64,000 nucleotides of DNA. It comes from Ignavibacteriota bacterium (GTDB lineage: Bacteria > Bacteroidota > Ignavibacteria > UBA10030 > CAVZMI01). The number at the start of each line of letters is the position of its first letter. The stretch's first letter is position 1. The stretch is from contig CAVZMI010000021.1 of the NCBI GenBank assembly GCA_963776275.1, positions 96,001 to 160,000 of the forward strand, given 5' to 3'. Below are positions 63,549-64,000 of the stretch, one piece after another. The notes beneath the pieces were generated by a model, which saw only the letters and a program-made list of their open reading frames with translations, was not told where the DNA came from and made no database searches. The position numbers and the translations under genes were made by a program.

Positions 63549-64000
63549 TCAGCGTAAGAACGATAGTAATTTTTTACCACAAAGAGAAAGACCAATTCGA
63601 TAGCGAAGCGATCGACGTAATAATACACGGAATATTGTGCTGTGAGAAGAAATCATGTCGGCATATTTTAATTCGCTCTCGAGTGTTAATGCGGCTACCG
63701 ATCTATAATTATAAAAAACATTAATCGACTTCGAATGATTATGAGTGATCTGGTTTTTTGCGTCATAATAAACACGATATCCGGCTTGACGAAATTTGTA
63801 AGCGATCATTAACTCTTCACCGAAAAGAAATGTAGTTTCATCTAAATCCCCGACATTTGCTAATTTATCAATATCAAATACCCAAAACGACCCGTTGACA
63901 GTATATGCAAAGTGCGATTTCTTTGATCGGAAATAGAGCACTAATTCTTTAATATAATAACTTAGTGGCGAGAACAAATTGAAAAACAGATACACCCGGG
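63549..64000 (-). CDS. GT2-family glycosyltransferase, C-terminal part (5' end beyond window)
   Basis: VNGSFW…LDETTFLFGEEL…ITHNHSKS; frame is open to the window edge. Confidence 0.75.
   Translation of the reverse strand, partial: RVYLFFNLFSPLSYYIKELVLYFRSKKSHFAYTVNGSFWVFDIDKLANVGDLDETTFLFGEELMIAYKFRQAGYRVYYDAKNQITHNHSKSINVFYNYRSVAALTLESELKYADMISSHSTIFRVLLRRSLRYRIGLSLCGKKLLSFLR

Overview
Bacterial chromosomal window, most consistent with an Ignavibacteria/Chlorobi-like FCB-group organism. The basis is T9SS type-A CTD proteins, a PorZ-like gene, DUF3276, a short rho, and canonical TTGnnn-17-TATAnT promoters rather than Bacteroidia-type ones. It is mostly housekeeping: a PAS/GAF kinase, REC-kinase and sigma54-activator cluster; hutI-ftcd-cyclodeaminase; rsmE; gcvPB; rnc; the yceD-rpmF-plsX-fabHDG-acpP-fabF operon; ribH; crp; two Omp85 paralogues; metK-ahcY-rho; typA; nadC; accA; and surface-polysaccharide genes. 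Four things stand out. (1) An AT-richer three-gene cassette (42.4-48.9 kb) encodes a secreted protein with a C-terminal lysozyme/lytic-transglycosylase-like domain, a 1001-aa partner with seven 74-aa tandem repeats, and a small stand-alone T9SS-CTD protein, with its own promoter and palindromes. It is a candidate undescribed secreted cell-wall-lytic/polymorphic-toxin system. (2) Two long intergenic regions are densely structured (38.0-38.4 kb and 58.75-59.2 kb) and are candidate ncRNAs. (3) Of 9 reading-frame lesions in conserved genes, 8 fall at or can be repaired to GGWCC, pointing to modification-induced sequencing errors and hence a GGWCC DNA modification. (4) A four-helix-bundle gene is bracketed by inverted repeats. 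No tRNA, rRNA, CRISPR array or transposase was recognised. All product calls come from motif recognition by eye; no database search was run.
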